This document shows, piece by piece, positions 1 through 15,782 of a stretch of DNA of 64,000 nucleotides. Origin of the DNA: Bugula neritina (taxonomy: Eukaryota; Animalia; Bryozoa); NCBI GenBank assembly GCA_964035545.1, contig OZ037768.1, positions 620,001-684,000 on the forward strand, read 5' to 3'. A model generated the notes under the pieces. That model was not told the DNA's origin. It ran no database searches and saw only the letters and a program-made list of their open reading frames with translations. The position numbers and the translations under genes were made by a program. Numbering within the stretch: position 1 is the stretch's first letter; each line of letters starts with the position of its first letter.

Positions 1-3000
1 GTAATACATAGCAAACACACTCCTTGCAGAGAGAAGTTGTCTACTGTACATAAAAATGAACTTTAAAATGTTTTTGACTTGTATTTAAAAACAGAAACCC
101 GATAACTTACTCAAATATATTTTATGTCAAAACAAAACCTCAACACTTGGATTCCAGCCAACACAACTATGGATGTAAAACACAAGAAGATGGGCATGGC
201 GTTTAGATACATGATTCAGTTCCATTGTATTCTAACAGAGTATTTCAACCCTAACTACGAGGCGTTATCATACAGGAGAGCACAACTCCGCATCAACAAG
301 TTACTAGAGACTAACGTGAGCTGAGAGCGAAGGATGCTGGGCATGGGTCTGATCTTGTTCTCTGCCAGCTGTACCGTCTTCTTCTGCAGGTGGGCCCACA
401 TGCACGTGACGGCGCAGCTGATCACAGAGTGGGCGGACGAGAAATCCGGAACAGGAAGTGGAGTTGTCTCAGGGTAAAGCTGGTCGTAGATTCGTATGAA
501 GGTGATGTAACTGTAGGCATCGACTGGTTTAGCAACTCCAAACAAACACTGTAGTATCATCCAGATGAGGTGGTCCCGGGAACAGCCTGGCGGTACAGTC
601 TGGCTATCCAACTGGCAACATAACAAGTCCTTGTAACTGCTAGCCACACCCTTACTACTAGCCACACCTCTTACTACTAGCCACACCCCTTACTACTAGC
701 CACACCCCTTACTACTAGCCACACCCGTTACTACTAGCCACACCCCTTACTACTAGCCACACCCCTTACTACTAGCCACACCTCCTACTACTAGCCCCAC
801 CCCTTACTACTAGCCACACCTCCTACTACTAGCCACACCTCTTACTACTAGCCACACCCCTTACTACTAGCCACACCTTGTACTGCATACAACACTTGTT
901 ATTAGAAATAAGTAAATCTATTTTTTTATTCAACGACACGCTTTGAATGTTCTGAAATATTAGAATCTCAATCTTCTACTTGATGGGATGACAATCGAAG
1001 TAACTACACAATATTATTAGAAAATGTGAAATCATTGCTTATTATTGAATATTGATATATTAATAGAATCTAGTGTCAGATAAGAGTTGAATAAGTAACG
1101 CAGGTAAAGAAATACCTTCTTGAATAACTGCATCAACATGTGCGGCAGGTGAACCATATTCCAGAGAACAAAGAAGATGATGTGTGACGTAATGTTGTGC
1201 CATCGTATGTTTGGCATTACAGCTGAACAGCTGGCCAGTTTAGACTGACACTGTGTGAGGTGTATGACGTGTTCACAGAGCTGGTCCTCTAACTCAGAGT
1301 ACCTGCTCTTGGTGTCTTCCTGGGACTACAACACAGTACTAATCACAGTAACTACACAGTACTAGTCAGAGTAACTACACAGTACTAGTCACAGTAACTA
1401 CACAGTACTAGTCACAGTAACTACAGTAACTAGTGGTTACAGAATAGTAACAGCTTACCTTCAGAAGAAAAGGTTCAAGATTGGTTGTGCAACAATTGAA
1501 CAAAGCGCTACATCTCTGTACATAAGATGAGAATTATTCCAACACTCACTTTTACCATGTACAAGCATACTTACCTTTATATTATGAACAAGTACACTTA
1601 CCTCTCTGCTATACAAGTATCACCCTTACCTTTCTGTTATATATCAGTATCCCAGTCATAAAATCCACAGAGTACGCATGAGTGAAGATGTGGCGAACCA
1701 GTTTAGTTGAAGATTTGTCCTACAACAGGAAATGATGTCATATATTCTAGTGCCGTAAACGACTCACTCTACCGATAGGACAGGATAGTGCAGATTCCTA
1801 AAGAGACTTACTCTATCAAAAGGAAGGGGGGCATTGTTAGGATAGCGTAGGTTCCTGAGATCCAGTCTCCAGGCATAAGCGTTGATATTCGAGTGACCAA
1901 TCACGGGCCGGAGCTGTGGGAGACTCGGGATAGTCACGATCTGAACTGTGGGGCGAAACGACTGAGTAAACTCAGCCAGAATCTTTCCAAACGCCTGCAA
2001 CAATCTCTATCAGCTAGGTAAACAATCTCTATCAGCTAGGTAAACAATCTCTATCAGCTAGGTAAACGTGACCATGTGACTATAGCTCAGCTGATACTAC
2101 ACGCTGTGCTTCTACCGGGTTCCATTCAAACATTGAATACCGCAATCTGGTTGGATAGTAGGATATTGAATACCGCAATTTGATTGAAATGTTGATGTTT
2201 ATTACTTCCTGTAGACTCACCCAGTGCAGTGTCTGTTTGTCCTCGTGCTGCGGCAGCTTGATGATCTCATTGATGGCAAAATAGCTCGGCAGCAGGCAGG
2301 CATTTCTATTCAGTATGTAGTTGAATACCTGCAGAATATAATACCCTAGACGATATTATATACTATATTATACTATACTAGACTGTATTATATACTATAC
2401 TATATACTATACTATATTATATACTATACTATATACTATACTAGACTATATTATACACTATATTATACTATACTAGACTATATTATATACTATATTATAC
2501 TATACTAGACTATATTATATACTATATTATATACTATACTATATACTATACTATATAATATTATATTATACTACACTGCACTATATATACACAAAAAGTA
2601 GCCTCAGCTCACCTCAATAATGCTGAGTATCTGTGGAGTGAGTGAATCTTGACAAGGAATAGTTCGACATTTGTAGAGAATAGCCCGGAAGATGTCTCTG
2701 CAACCCTTCATACAAACACCAACATATCTGTTCAGTTGCTTTGTTATAAATATATATACTACATACGTTACATGTGACTAGGTGAATACTCGGACTACTC
2801 TGCAGAATCATAGGCTATTCAGAGGTGAAGGTCATACCTTATAATCAACTCCGCCCACTATACGCCTGACAAGTTGAAACACAGAGCACCAGGTGTCTCT
2901 GTTTGAGTAGCTCAGATTCGGGCTGTTGAGGAGGGCTTCACACAGAGGTCTGTATATTATATTACTATATTACTGAGATATGTTACTATATTACTGAGAT

Positions 3001-4753
3001 ATGTTACTGAGATATATTACTATATTACTGAGATATGTTACTGAGATATATTACTATATTACTGAGATATATTACTATATTACTGAGATATATTACTATA
3101 TTACTGAGATACATATTACTATATTACTGAGGGCTACCCACTTGGAGGATATTTTATTGGAGGTCACCAGATGCTCCAAATAGTTGAGCAATGACTGAGC
3201 TTTCAGGGAGTTTTCTTCTCTATATATGTGTTCAGCAAACAGTTTACAGGCAGCCACTACACTCGCCTACAAAGATATCTAATCTCCAACACCCTTTAAT
3301 ACTAGAGATCGTTGATCCTCTGCCTTTACTTTCAGAAAATTATTTATATTCAAGTATTTATTCAAGTCTTTGAATTTTGAACTAGCAGTAACCTAATTCA
3401 CTATGTGAGCATTTTACTTTTAACTTTGTTTGAAATTTTGAGAGTATTGTAAGTAAAAAGATATGAAGTTTTTGCGTACAACAAGTCTTTTAAAATTTTA
3501 AGCAATTAATTCTAATCCAAAGAGTTTTTGATAAGCGCACCTCACTGAATTTAGAGAAGAGTTGTGCAATAGCTTCCTGCTCTCGATTAGCTTTGCTTGT
3601 TTCTTCTTCTTCTGTAAAACTCATGAAACCAGCAAAGGCATGGTCTATGGAGCTGTTACTCTGTAAAATATACATCCGCGTGTTCATTGGGTAAATCAGA
3701 CAACAAAATAGTTAAAAATATATTAATTTTGAATTCACAAGTACACTGCCCCTGAGATGTATAAAGAGTGGCAGATCCAGGTTGGGTAAAATCAGTAGAT
3801 AAAATCATTAAAACTACTAGAAGCTAAATAGTAATATAAATTATATTAATAAATAGCCTATAGTGCACATTAAATTTTCAGGATTCTACATAGCAACATA
3901 CTACAGAGTGTTGGCTGCAGTGAGCACAGTCATAGTGAGTGAGTAAAGTACAGAGCGCCCACTACAGTGAGTAACTAAGCAAGGAAAGCAAGTAGTGACA
4001 ATCTGATAGTAGTTAGCATAGTGATAGAAGATAAACTTAAACTCTAACTAGTGCAAGAAGAATAGGTATTGAACTCAGATATAGGTAACGCGATAAAGTT
4101 GGTGGAAAACCTAAATTGCAAATGTACTTGTGTATAACTGTTTCAAGAAGAGTTATATTGTGACTATTGTAGTCATTGTCAGTGCAATCAAGATTGTTAT
4201 TGTAGTATTTATAAGTAAAATTAAATGAATCAGTCAAAATAAAAAACACTACTCAAAGTCAATAGTGAATAGTGACAAAGACAGCAACTGCAAGTATTAC
4301 TATTAGTATTAGTATTTGCATAATGATAATAACTATAACATTAAATTTAATATTTACATTTAGAGTGCATCTTACAATTACTGTTAGAGGTTGTAATTTT
4401 TCATAGTGATAGTCTCACTCTTATTAGTCTGCAGTCATAGCACCTGTACAGTGTTCTGAGTAGTCAGTAGGACTAGGATTATGACTAGGTGTCAAAAATG
4501 AGAGTAGTTTTATAAATACGAAACAAGTAAAAAGTTAAGACTAAGATAAAGACAAATTTTTACTTAGAAATAACTACAAGTTTAAGATTAAGGGCAACAT
4601 GAACATGACAATAAATATGAAGACTCAATACACAGTCACAACACTCAAGAATCCTACTCTAACAGTAAGAGTAACACTAACACTAACAGTAACTCTTACA
4701 TTCATTTGCTTCAAGAAATTGTCAACAACAGTTTCCAGCTGCAAGTCTGCCAT
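1..4753 (-). CDS. MED23: Mediator of RNA polymerase II transcription subunit 23, 5' part (continues beyond left edge)
   Basis: ATG at 4753 (MADLQLETVVDNFLKQMN|gtaaga). Approximate exons: 4700-4753, 3541-3660, 3143-3222, 2838-2949, 2613-2705, 2221-2328, 1812-1994, 1630-1719, 1116-1325, 316-611, and probably 1-43. Translations LVRRIVGGVDYK, YILNRNACLLPSYFAINEI, WRLDLRNLRYP and RDHLIWMILQ...LYPETTPLPVPD match MED23 motifs. The splice path between 316 and 43 is unresolved. Confidence 0.92.
638..876. repeat. 19-bp minisatellite (CTAGCCACACCCCTTACTA), ~12 copies, in a MED23 intron
   Basis: Direct tandem copies visible; the array lies ~25 nt from the acceptor at 612. Confidence 0.95.
1326..1430. 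repeat. 24-bp tandem repeat (ACACAGTACTAGTCACAGTAACT-like) abutting a MED23 acceptor
   Basis: About 4 copies immediately adjacent to exon 1116-1325. Confidence 0.85.
2345..2590. repeat. TATAC/TATAT-type microsatellite filling a MED23 intron
   Basis: Degenerate 5-nt periodic tract. Confidence 0.9.
2955..3130. repeat. 21-bp minisatellite (ATATTACTATATTACTGAGAT) filling most of a MED23 intron
   Basis: About 8 tandem copies; source of the spurious ORF 3001-3183. Confidence 0.9.
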
Positions 4754-5527
4754 AGCTTATAGTTATAGTAGTAGCTATAAATAATTTTTCCAAAGTTTTT
4801 GTTGAGCTCAGTACTTCGTTATTACATCAAAGGAATTCAAAGGACTTGTCCATTGTGAATCATTGTGAATGTCAATCGCAGTTATTTTGATTTTCCTTCA
4901 CTTTTCATTGCAAAATTTCCAACTTGGTTTTTTTGTTTAGTTGAAAACTTTATAATATCGCTGCATATATTTTTGTTAAACTGAGTGCACAGTTGTACCT
5001 GCATTACCATGTTTTAAGCGTATTTCAAAGATAAACTGTTTATGAAGAAGATAACTCCTACATCTTCCCCAATATGACAAAAGGGAATAAGTTCTAGCAA
5101 TCATAATTACAAATTAAATTAATCAATTATATGAGCACATATTCCAAAAGATTGAAACTCTGTAAAACACATAAAAATAAAGGTGTTTTAGTCATCATTT
5201 AGATGTTTTATTAGAAATTATTGCCTATAAACATGATTTGCACATTTTCATTATTGGAACTATAAATGTATAATAAATTTAATTATATAATTGCAATGTT
5301 CATCATATTATAGCTAAATTTCTTCTACTATAAAAAAAATGAAAAATATACTGTAAATTATGGTAAAACATGAATAACTAGATGATACACAGCCATGCAT
5401 AGCAAAGTCAATTTAAACTAATCAAAAATCATAGCACCTCCTATCACATAAACCAAAGTGTAGGTTGACTAATGAATCACCAAGATAACTAACTATAGAA
5501 TGGTCAACAGTGACTAGTAGGCTTCAG

Positions 5528-8190
<2,663 letters not shown>

Positions 8191-9375
8191 GTTGGCTCTG
8201 TTAAAAAAAATCAACAAGAGCTATAGTCTTATAGAGAATGAGAATATCCCAAGAGTTCTCAGCTCTATTAGAAGTTTGAGTTTGCAAGATTGGAGTACAG
8301 TACACAGTATAGCATATAGCCATAAGCTACATCACGATAGGCACAGGCTGCAAAGTATGGTATTATAATTATGGTATAAAAAAGAACAGCACTTTGATTT
8401 CAACAATTCATGTATTTGAAATAAGAAACCTGGCCAAAATGACAATGCTATTAAATTTAACAGTTAATTGATGATTCGAATGATTATCATTATTATAAAT
8501 GATAATGATGATTATAATTATAATGGTTATCATTATCAATAGTTAGTGCTAAACTTACTGTTAGTGTTATATATTGATATAAATTATTATTATTATAAAT
8601 ATATAGATTAGTGTAGCCTATATATAATTATATCATTAACCTATAACTATTAGTATTAGTAACTGTAAGTCTAGGTATATCACTTATACTTATACAGTTA
8701 TAGTATATGATATAACTATAAAATTAAATATAAGAGTTGGATTTAGGCTAAAATATTAATAATAATAATATTAATATTGATCACAATTTTAATTTAAATT
8801 ATAATGATAATCCCATCACCCATGCCTCTGAGTGTATGGGCATGGTTTATCTTAATGATTTGATAATCATAGTAACTACCATTAATTTAATCATTAATGA
8901 TAAAATTAGATTATTTTCATTATGATTATCATAAATTTATGATTAGTCAGATTACCGTTACAATTATCATCATAATGATAATCATGATTATCATTGTGAT
9001 TGTCATTATCATTATGATTATGAAAATCAATATTCATAATATCAATCATATTCAATATGATTATAGTTATAATATGTTAATAGATGATCAGTAACTGTAA
9101 GAAAACTAAAAATATGACATGAACTAATTATCATTTAATCAATTTGTTGTTTTAATTATTATTATTTTATATTTGTTGAATAAAGCATATTGAATTACAG
9201 CTGCAAAACAAGCAACATATTTAAGAGACCCTGGCGCACATTTGCAAGAAAATCGCCTGATGCAGCACAAACTTTGTGCAAAGCCTCACGTTTTGGATTC
9301 GAAGTTTAAGTTCATTATACACAAATTTTGTGCTGCTTCTAGCAATCATTCGTCCATAAAGGTTTTTCAATGTTT

Positions 9376-10057
9376 CCCCCTATTCACACTTACCGTACCG
9401 TACGCCGTAACAGCAAATTTTAGCGAGTTTTGTTAACATCCGGGCTAAATCGTACTCCGGTATACGTTGCGGCGTTGATCAAGCAGTGCTTGATTCAAAA
9501 AATCACGGCGGGCTCCTATTGGGTAGAGTTGATCTGGTACTAAAATTTAAAGAACATTTTCGCTAATTTATTTTAATCGCTTATTTTTGATTTAATTTAA
9601 CCAATTCAAAAGTTTTAATAAATTAAAAAAAATTTATCCGGCTTGTTTGAATTGAACTCAGCTTAAAAATTTAGCTTTCCTTAATCACAAAATCAAGCAA
9701 ACCAAAAACTTAAAAATTATTTGGACGGCTTAAATATTCATTATTTAAATTAGTTTGCATAATTATTTTAAAAACTAATATATTTAAAAAAAGATTCTTT
9801 TCATGTAATTGCTTTTATTTAGTAAATAGTATTTATATAACATCTTTTGATAAGAATGTTGCGAAAAATTTGTAAATAATATTCAAAGGCGTTCAAATCA
9901 CCGCAGACAAGAGTTGGCTTTATTATGATTGGTCACAGCTCAACGTCATGCATTGTACTTTTACGGCAATGTGTGAACACCCGTTGACAAAATGCAACAG
10001 CGTCGCCATTTTATTTTTGCTGTTACGGCGTACGGTACGGTAAGTGTGAATAGGGGG
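9376..10057. mobile_element. MITE / non-autonomous DNA transposon with 42-bp terminal inverted repeats (possibly PIF/Harbinger-like)
   Basis: CCCCCTATTCACACTTACCGTACCGTACGCCGTAACAGCAAA at 9376-9417 and its exact reverse complement at 10016-10057. Flanks are TTT/TTA (imperfect 3-bp TSD). No transposase ORF. Confidence 0.8.
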
Positions 10058-11103
10058 TTAGCCTGCGAGCTACCGCAAACTGTTGATTGTTGTAAGTTTA
10101 TTATTATGACCGACGAACCTTTCACGATTATATTATGCTTCCGTTATAATTTACACATTGACATAATATGGCTGAGACGTGTTGCTATGTTTTTGTTTTC
10201 TCTTCTTGATCTTCACCAAAATTATCTAGCTCATTGTAAACAGGAAGTTTAACTATTTCTATAAACTAAAAATAATTTTGTAGACTGTAAGTATACTCAT
10301 GCTAATACTGCATAGTATTTAAATTTTAGAAGAATTAAAACAGTAAAAGTAAAACAAAAGTAAAAATAAATCCTGAGTAAATGTAATCTGGCTATGCTAA
10401 TAGTAATACTAATAGTAATAGCAATACTAATACTAATAGTAATACTAATAGCCAATAGGCAATAGGTAATAACTAATCACTATCAGTAATCACACACTTT
10501 AAGTTTTAGTCTAAGTCTTATAACTTATTCTGGAAGTAACACTCACTATTATTACTATTAGTATTACTAATACTAATAGTAATAGTAATACTATAGTAAT
10601 AGTAATACTAATAGTAATAGTAATACTAATACTAATAGTAATACTAATACTAATAGTAAGACTAGTTCGGAGTCAACGTGACTATCACTATCAGTATGAC
10701 TATGAGTATGAGTATTATTAGATATATTAGATTTAGTATAACTGTAAAGTATAAGTTATTATGAATTTATTAATATTGTTATCACTTATATTTAGTTATA
10801 AGTATTAGTATAACTAAAAGTATGAGTATCTCAATCTGACTATCAATATTATTAGTACTATCATTATCATTATGATTATTATTAAGCATTGTGATTACCA
10901 CTGTCATACTCATTGTTATTGCCACACTTACTTAGAGATAAACATTAAAGTGGGCTAAAACTAAAAGCCGAATAAACTAAATCAAGATAAAACTAAATTA
11001 ATGTTAGTTAAGTATTGAAAGTTTACAAAACCAGAGTGAGCTGGCTATTATATTTCATGATTTATACAATTAAATGTTTTAGTTGTGAAAGATCAAAAGA
11101 ATA

Positions 11104-13748
11104 ATGCTACGGAATATGTGTAGATGCATTTTTCAGCAAAGCCATGGTTCCATGCAGGTAATTGATAAAAGATAACTGCAACCTTTGAACCATCATTTTC
11201 ACTGAATTTGTATACTAATAATTACAAGTAATTATATGTATTGTAGTGTCCCAATGATGTGTGTAAACTTTAAACTAACTTTGAAAGGGTGGTATTAAAA
11301 GCATATTGTATTAATGGGAGACCTTTATTTGACCTTGGATATCTCCATGAACTGGCAGTAGACCAGTTTGACTTACTTTGCTATATTGATAGCAATGCTA
11401 GTCATACCATGTTCACGACATATACTACATAGTTTACAGTTTATCACTGACTTTCACAAGTAGCTTGATTGTTGTCAGTAGCAAACATTATTAGTGAGAA
11501 AGGAAACTTTTAAGTGACTTTAAATTTATCTTGTTTGTACTGAGCCTCAGTTGGTAGAAAATGTTTGTAAATTGATTTCAGGTGTTATTTTATGAATTTG
11601 CAGCAGCAAACAAAGATGGTTTACAGGTTCATGTGTTCACAAGCGACTACCAGCGTTGAGCTTCATGTAGAGAAAGAGGGTCCTGGTGGTTATTATAAGG
11701 AACTCAACAAAAGCTTAAGTTCCAAGAGTCTGACCAAAGTGCGAGACGTAGTAGAAAGCAGACTGCACCACCCCGCAGCTTCTACTTTGGCTGATCTAGT
11801 TCAGTTCTCTCCTGATCTACAGAGACTTGTAGCCTTAGGCGTCTCATTCACAGAAGTAGAGAAGTATGAGGGAGCTCCCGACTTGCTTGCAAGTTTGTCT
11901 TATTTCCCGCATATTAATGGTGAGTTATTAGACTGGGTATTTACCATCTAGATGAATATAAATGACTGATATTATTCGAACCATTGGGAACTATTTGCTT
12001 ACTCTGAAATCTAAATGCTATTTGACTTCCTCGTCACTTTCTTCATTGTAACTTGCAGTTCATCATTACTGAAATTTATATTTTCATATTCACCATAACT
12101 AGATTGTGGAAAAATTAATCGCATAATAATAATAATGATATCTTATTATATTGAATTATACCATAATAGATGATCAACTAGCCATTTATTGTAGATATGG
12201 TTAACCTCCTTCACAGTATGGGCATTGAAGACGTCGCCTCAGTTATCAACAGATGCCCCTTTATCCTGGGGCAAGATGTTGAAACAATCAAGGAACGAGT
12301 TTTATATCTGAGTGCAAAAAAGTTTAAGCGAAATCAAATCTCTGAAATTGTTTGTCGGTGTCCGTGGTGGCTTCTGGAGGAAATCTCAGAGATTGATGCG
12401 AGATTGGGAGCGATTCAAGTAGTCTTTAAGTTAAAAGGTATGAAAAACTGTCAAATGTTTTGATTTTAAAAATTTCTATTAAGCACAACATAGGCTTGAA
12501 TTATCTTACATGGAATATTTCTAAGAATGCTCTAGAGTGGTATTAGATGTTTATTTAAGCCTAATTTCCGAGATTTGTATGTTTAGGTCAAGTAACTGTG
12601 CAGTTCCTGTACTGGATTTGTTATGTTGCAATTAGCTATTCATTCTCTCTTCTTTTATATGTCAGCAAAAGATTTAAGGACAATGACTACAAAATCACCT
12701 AGAGTTATACTATCAGATATTATTAGATTAAAGGTAAGTGTACTTGGAGTTATTCTCTCGGATATTATTAAATTAAAGGTGTGTCTTGAGTCATGCTGCA
12801 TTTTGAAACCAACTGTGGTTACTTTAGAGTTTTCTTTTATATAATTTAGCAAAATTTAGACATGAAAATTTTAGATGTTCATTCAGTAGGTTTCCAACAA
12901 ATAAAAATAAAAATATGAAAGAAGATAAATATAAAAATATAAATATAAATAAAAATCAAACCAAATATTCTCAGTTGGAAGAATATGTTAATCATATTAT
13001 TGGTCAAATGAAATTGGTTCTGCTGATTTAATCACTCAACTGCTCTATGAATGTATATTGAAATGACGTAATAAAATTATCAAATTGTAGGAATTTGCAT
13101 TTACAATGAGGAAAGTTTATTCTCTGTCACCCAAGCAGCTATCTTGTATGGTAACAAACGCTCCATCAGTGTCCATCACATGTAAGTGTTGTAAATCATA
13201 TCTCATGCAATCTTTTACCATCATATTTTATATTCGGTTATATTTCTATTGAAAATATTCCAACTGCAAATATAATTTGCAATACTTTGGTATTTTTTAA
13301 GACATTTTCCATATCTTCACTTATTTGAAATAGCAAAAACTTGGTCCTCAGAATATTCTTGATATCAGCTCTATTGCCTACATATTCTAAAGACCATCGT
13401 CAGAGCCAACGGACAGATAATCGAATTTTAAATATCTGACTTTTCAAGTTATTGAACATTTTTGTTGTAGCAAGAACGAGTCTGAAAAGACGACTGGCTT
13501 TTCTTCTAGACACTATGGAAATATCTATGGAGCAGATTATCGCTTGGCCGAGCGTGTTGCGTAATAGAGAGAGGAGAATAGAAGAGCGGCATAAGTTACT
13601 GAAGCATCTCGGTCTAGCAGAATATGATGCTACAAAGCCGGGATACGTCTCACTGCAGAGACTAGTGTCGGGAAAGACGGATGCGTTCTGCTCTGAAATA
13701 GCTCACGTATCTGAGCAGCAGTATTTTGATTTTATAAAAACACTTTGA
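11104..13748 (+). CDS. MTERF3: Mitochondrial transcription termination factor 3
   Basis: Approximate exons: 11104-11157, 11582-11919, 12195-12438, 12666-12733, 13091-13181, 13471-13748. C-terminus ERHKLLKHLGLAEYDATKPGYVSLQRLVS...FCSEIAHVS...DFIKTL is characteristic of MTERF3; mTERF repeats (RCPFIL, RCPWWL). The start codon is inferred. Confidence 0.9.
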
Positions 13749-14228
13749 ATACATGTTTCGTTTGTTTTATAATCTTATTATTTTTGACGCATTCTATTTA
13801 ACACTGTGTATTTTTAATAAATAAATAATCGATAAGTGAAATTATTAAATAGAGTATATTTACAGAAATGAATGAGAAATTTACACAGTTTTAAAAACAA
13901 AAGCTAAGCAATTTTCTGAAAGCTCATCCAAACTCTTCCCTGAATTCCAGTAACATCTAAAATAAAAAGGATTGCACTGACTGAAGTGAAGAATTTTCAA
14001 ACACTGCAATAATTCAAACGGATATCTTAATATAAAAACCACAATTTTTACATGTGAAAAATGAAATAAAAGTCATCTTTCAGGTTGTAGAACATAATTG
14101 CTTTTAATAATAGATAATAATTGTAATTATTTCAACTTGTTGTCAATACAAATTGTCTGAACAATCAAGTTGATATTTACACAAGATTTACTACTACTAG
14201 TACAGTAGCTGAAAACCTACTTCACTTG

Positions 14229-15008
14229 TTAGGCTATAGCTGCGGGGTTCGCTTGCTCTGCTGCGAAGAGTCGGATACCAATAACTGATGCTGTAAACAT
14301 GGCAATACTTTTCACCCAAGCCCTAGAAACACAACAACGAATACACATAACCACTCCTCATTACACTGTGTTATTCAATGGCCACATTGGTCATTGACGA
14401 AATGAGAAAAAATTTCTATTAGTATTAGTATTAAACTCTTATTCATTATTGTTAGAGGAAGATTTAATGTTTAACAGTGACAGTTAGATTCTTGACCAAG
14501 TCTAATCAGTAGAGTAATCATAGTTAAGAATCAGTAAAACTATAGGTGTCAAGTATTACATTTACTCAAGTATTAACTACTACTACTACTAGTACTAATT
14601 AGTAATTACTACTTTAACTTAGTAATACTAATACTTTACTAATAGTATTACTATTACTATTAATAATTACTATAAGTATTACTATTACTATTAGTATTAC
14701 TATTAGTATTACTATTAGTATTAGTATTAGTTTTAGTATTGGATTACTTCATGATTCATCATGATCACCACCAATAATATAAATATTATGATATTATCAT
14801 ATTCATATCAATATCAATATGAGTAGTATTACTCTATTAGTATAACTATAACTAATACTATAAGATTAAGTATAACTATAAGTATAAGTCATTAAGTGTA
14901 TCATAGAATTACTATTAGATGATATCTAACAACTTACCATCTATGGTTATCAGTGTATAAAGATTTCACAAACGACACCGAAGTCTTTATCTTGCTTGGC
15001 TCCGCCAT
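14229..15008 (-). CDS. 54-aa single-TM microprotein, TOM6-like (mitochondrial import receptor small subunit)
   Basis: Exon 1 14938-15008 (71 nt, donor gtaagt) plus exon 2 14229-14322 (94 nt, acceptor tttctag) join in frame: MAEPSKIKTSVSFVKSLYTDNHRWAWVKSIAMFTASVIGIRLFAAEQANPAAIA*. The layout resembles TOM6; the family call is by eye. Confidence 0.65.
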
Positions 15009-15782
15009 TACCTTAAATTGTTGAAAATATTCAGATAACTATTGTGAGAAATTATAACTATTACTCCTTTGATTAAAATATTTGCTGAAACTACAAGTGA
15101 AAGCACTGGCTTTATCGGATATCAACTGAAAAAAAGAAATATTTGTTCAGCTAAGGTTACCAAAAATCTTCAAAGATGTCTTCAAAGAATTTACGTGTCG
15201 ACATACTGTAGCTTAAGCATGTAATATGCACCCAAACTACTGTTTTGGCTAACAAGATTGAAATGACAACTCCGATAAAAAGAAACCTAACTTGTCGAAA
15301 AAATAATTACAGTTTACATACATAAGTCTCATGTATAACGAATAACAAAATCAATATACTCCCAGAATTTCGATAATAACTCTTAGTTTGATTATAATTT
15401 ATAATTGTATCTGAACTTAAGAAATACACAATCGCATGCACGACCATAGGTTTTTTTATTAAATATCAGCTGCAGCTCATAATTAACTTAAGATAAATAT
15501 ATAGAGCCAAAATGTTATGAATTGCACGAATATTACATATATTACATACATGCACTGTGTACTACTTACAAACTTTGCTACACTTACACATTTATTTAGT
15601 GGATACTGCAAGTTATCAATGTAAAGCTGATTAACATGGCAGACATAATGAGCAACAATAACTTTTTGTGAGACAACAATCCTTAGTTCAACATCCCTTC
15701 ACGTCACGCAGCAGACAGCCCTTTGTTATTCACAAATCTCTAAACTTCAACTGCTTTAAAAAGTGAGCCACTAATCCCCAGC

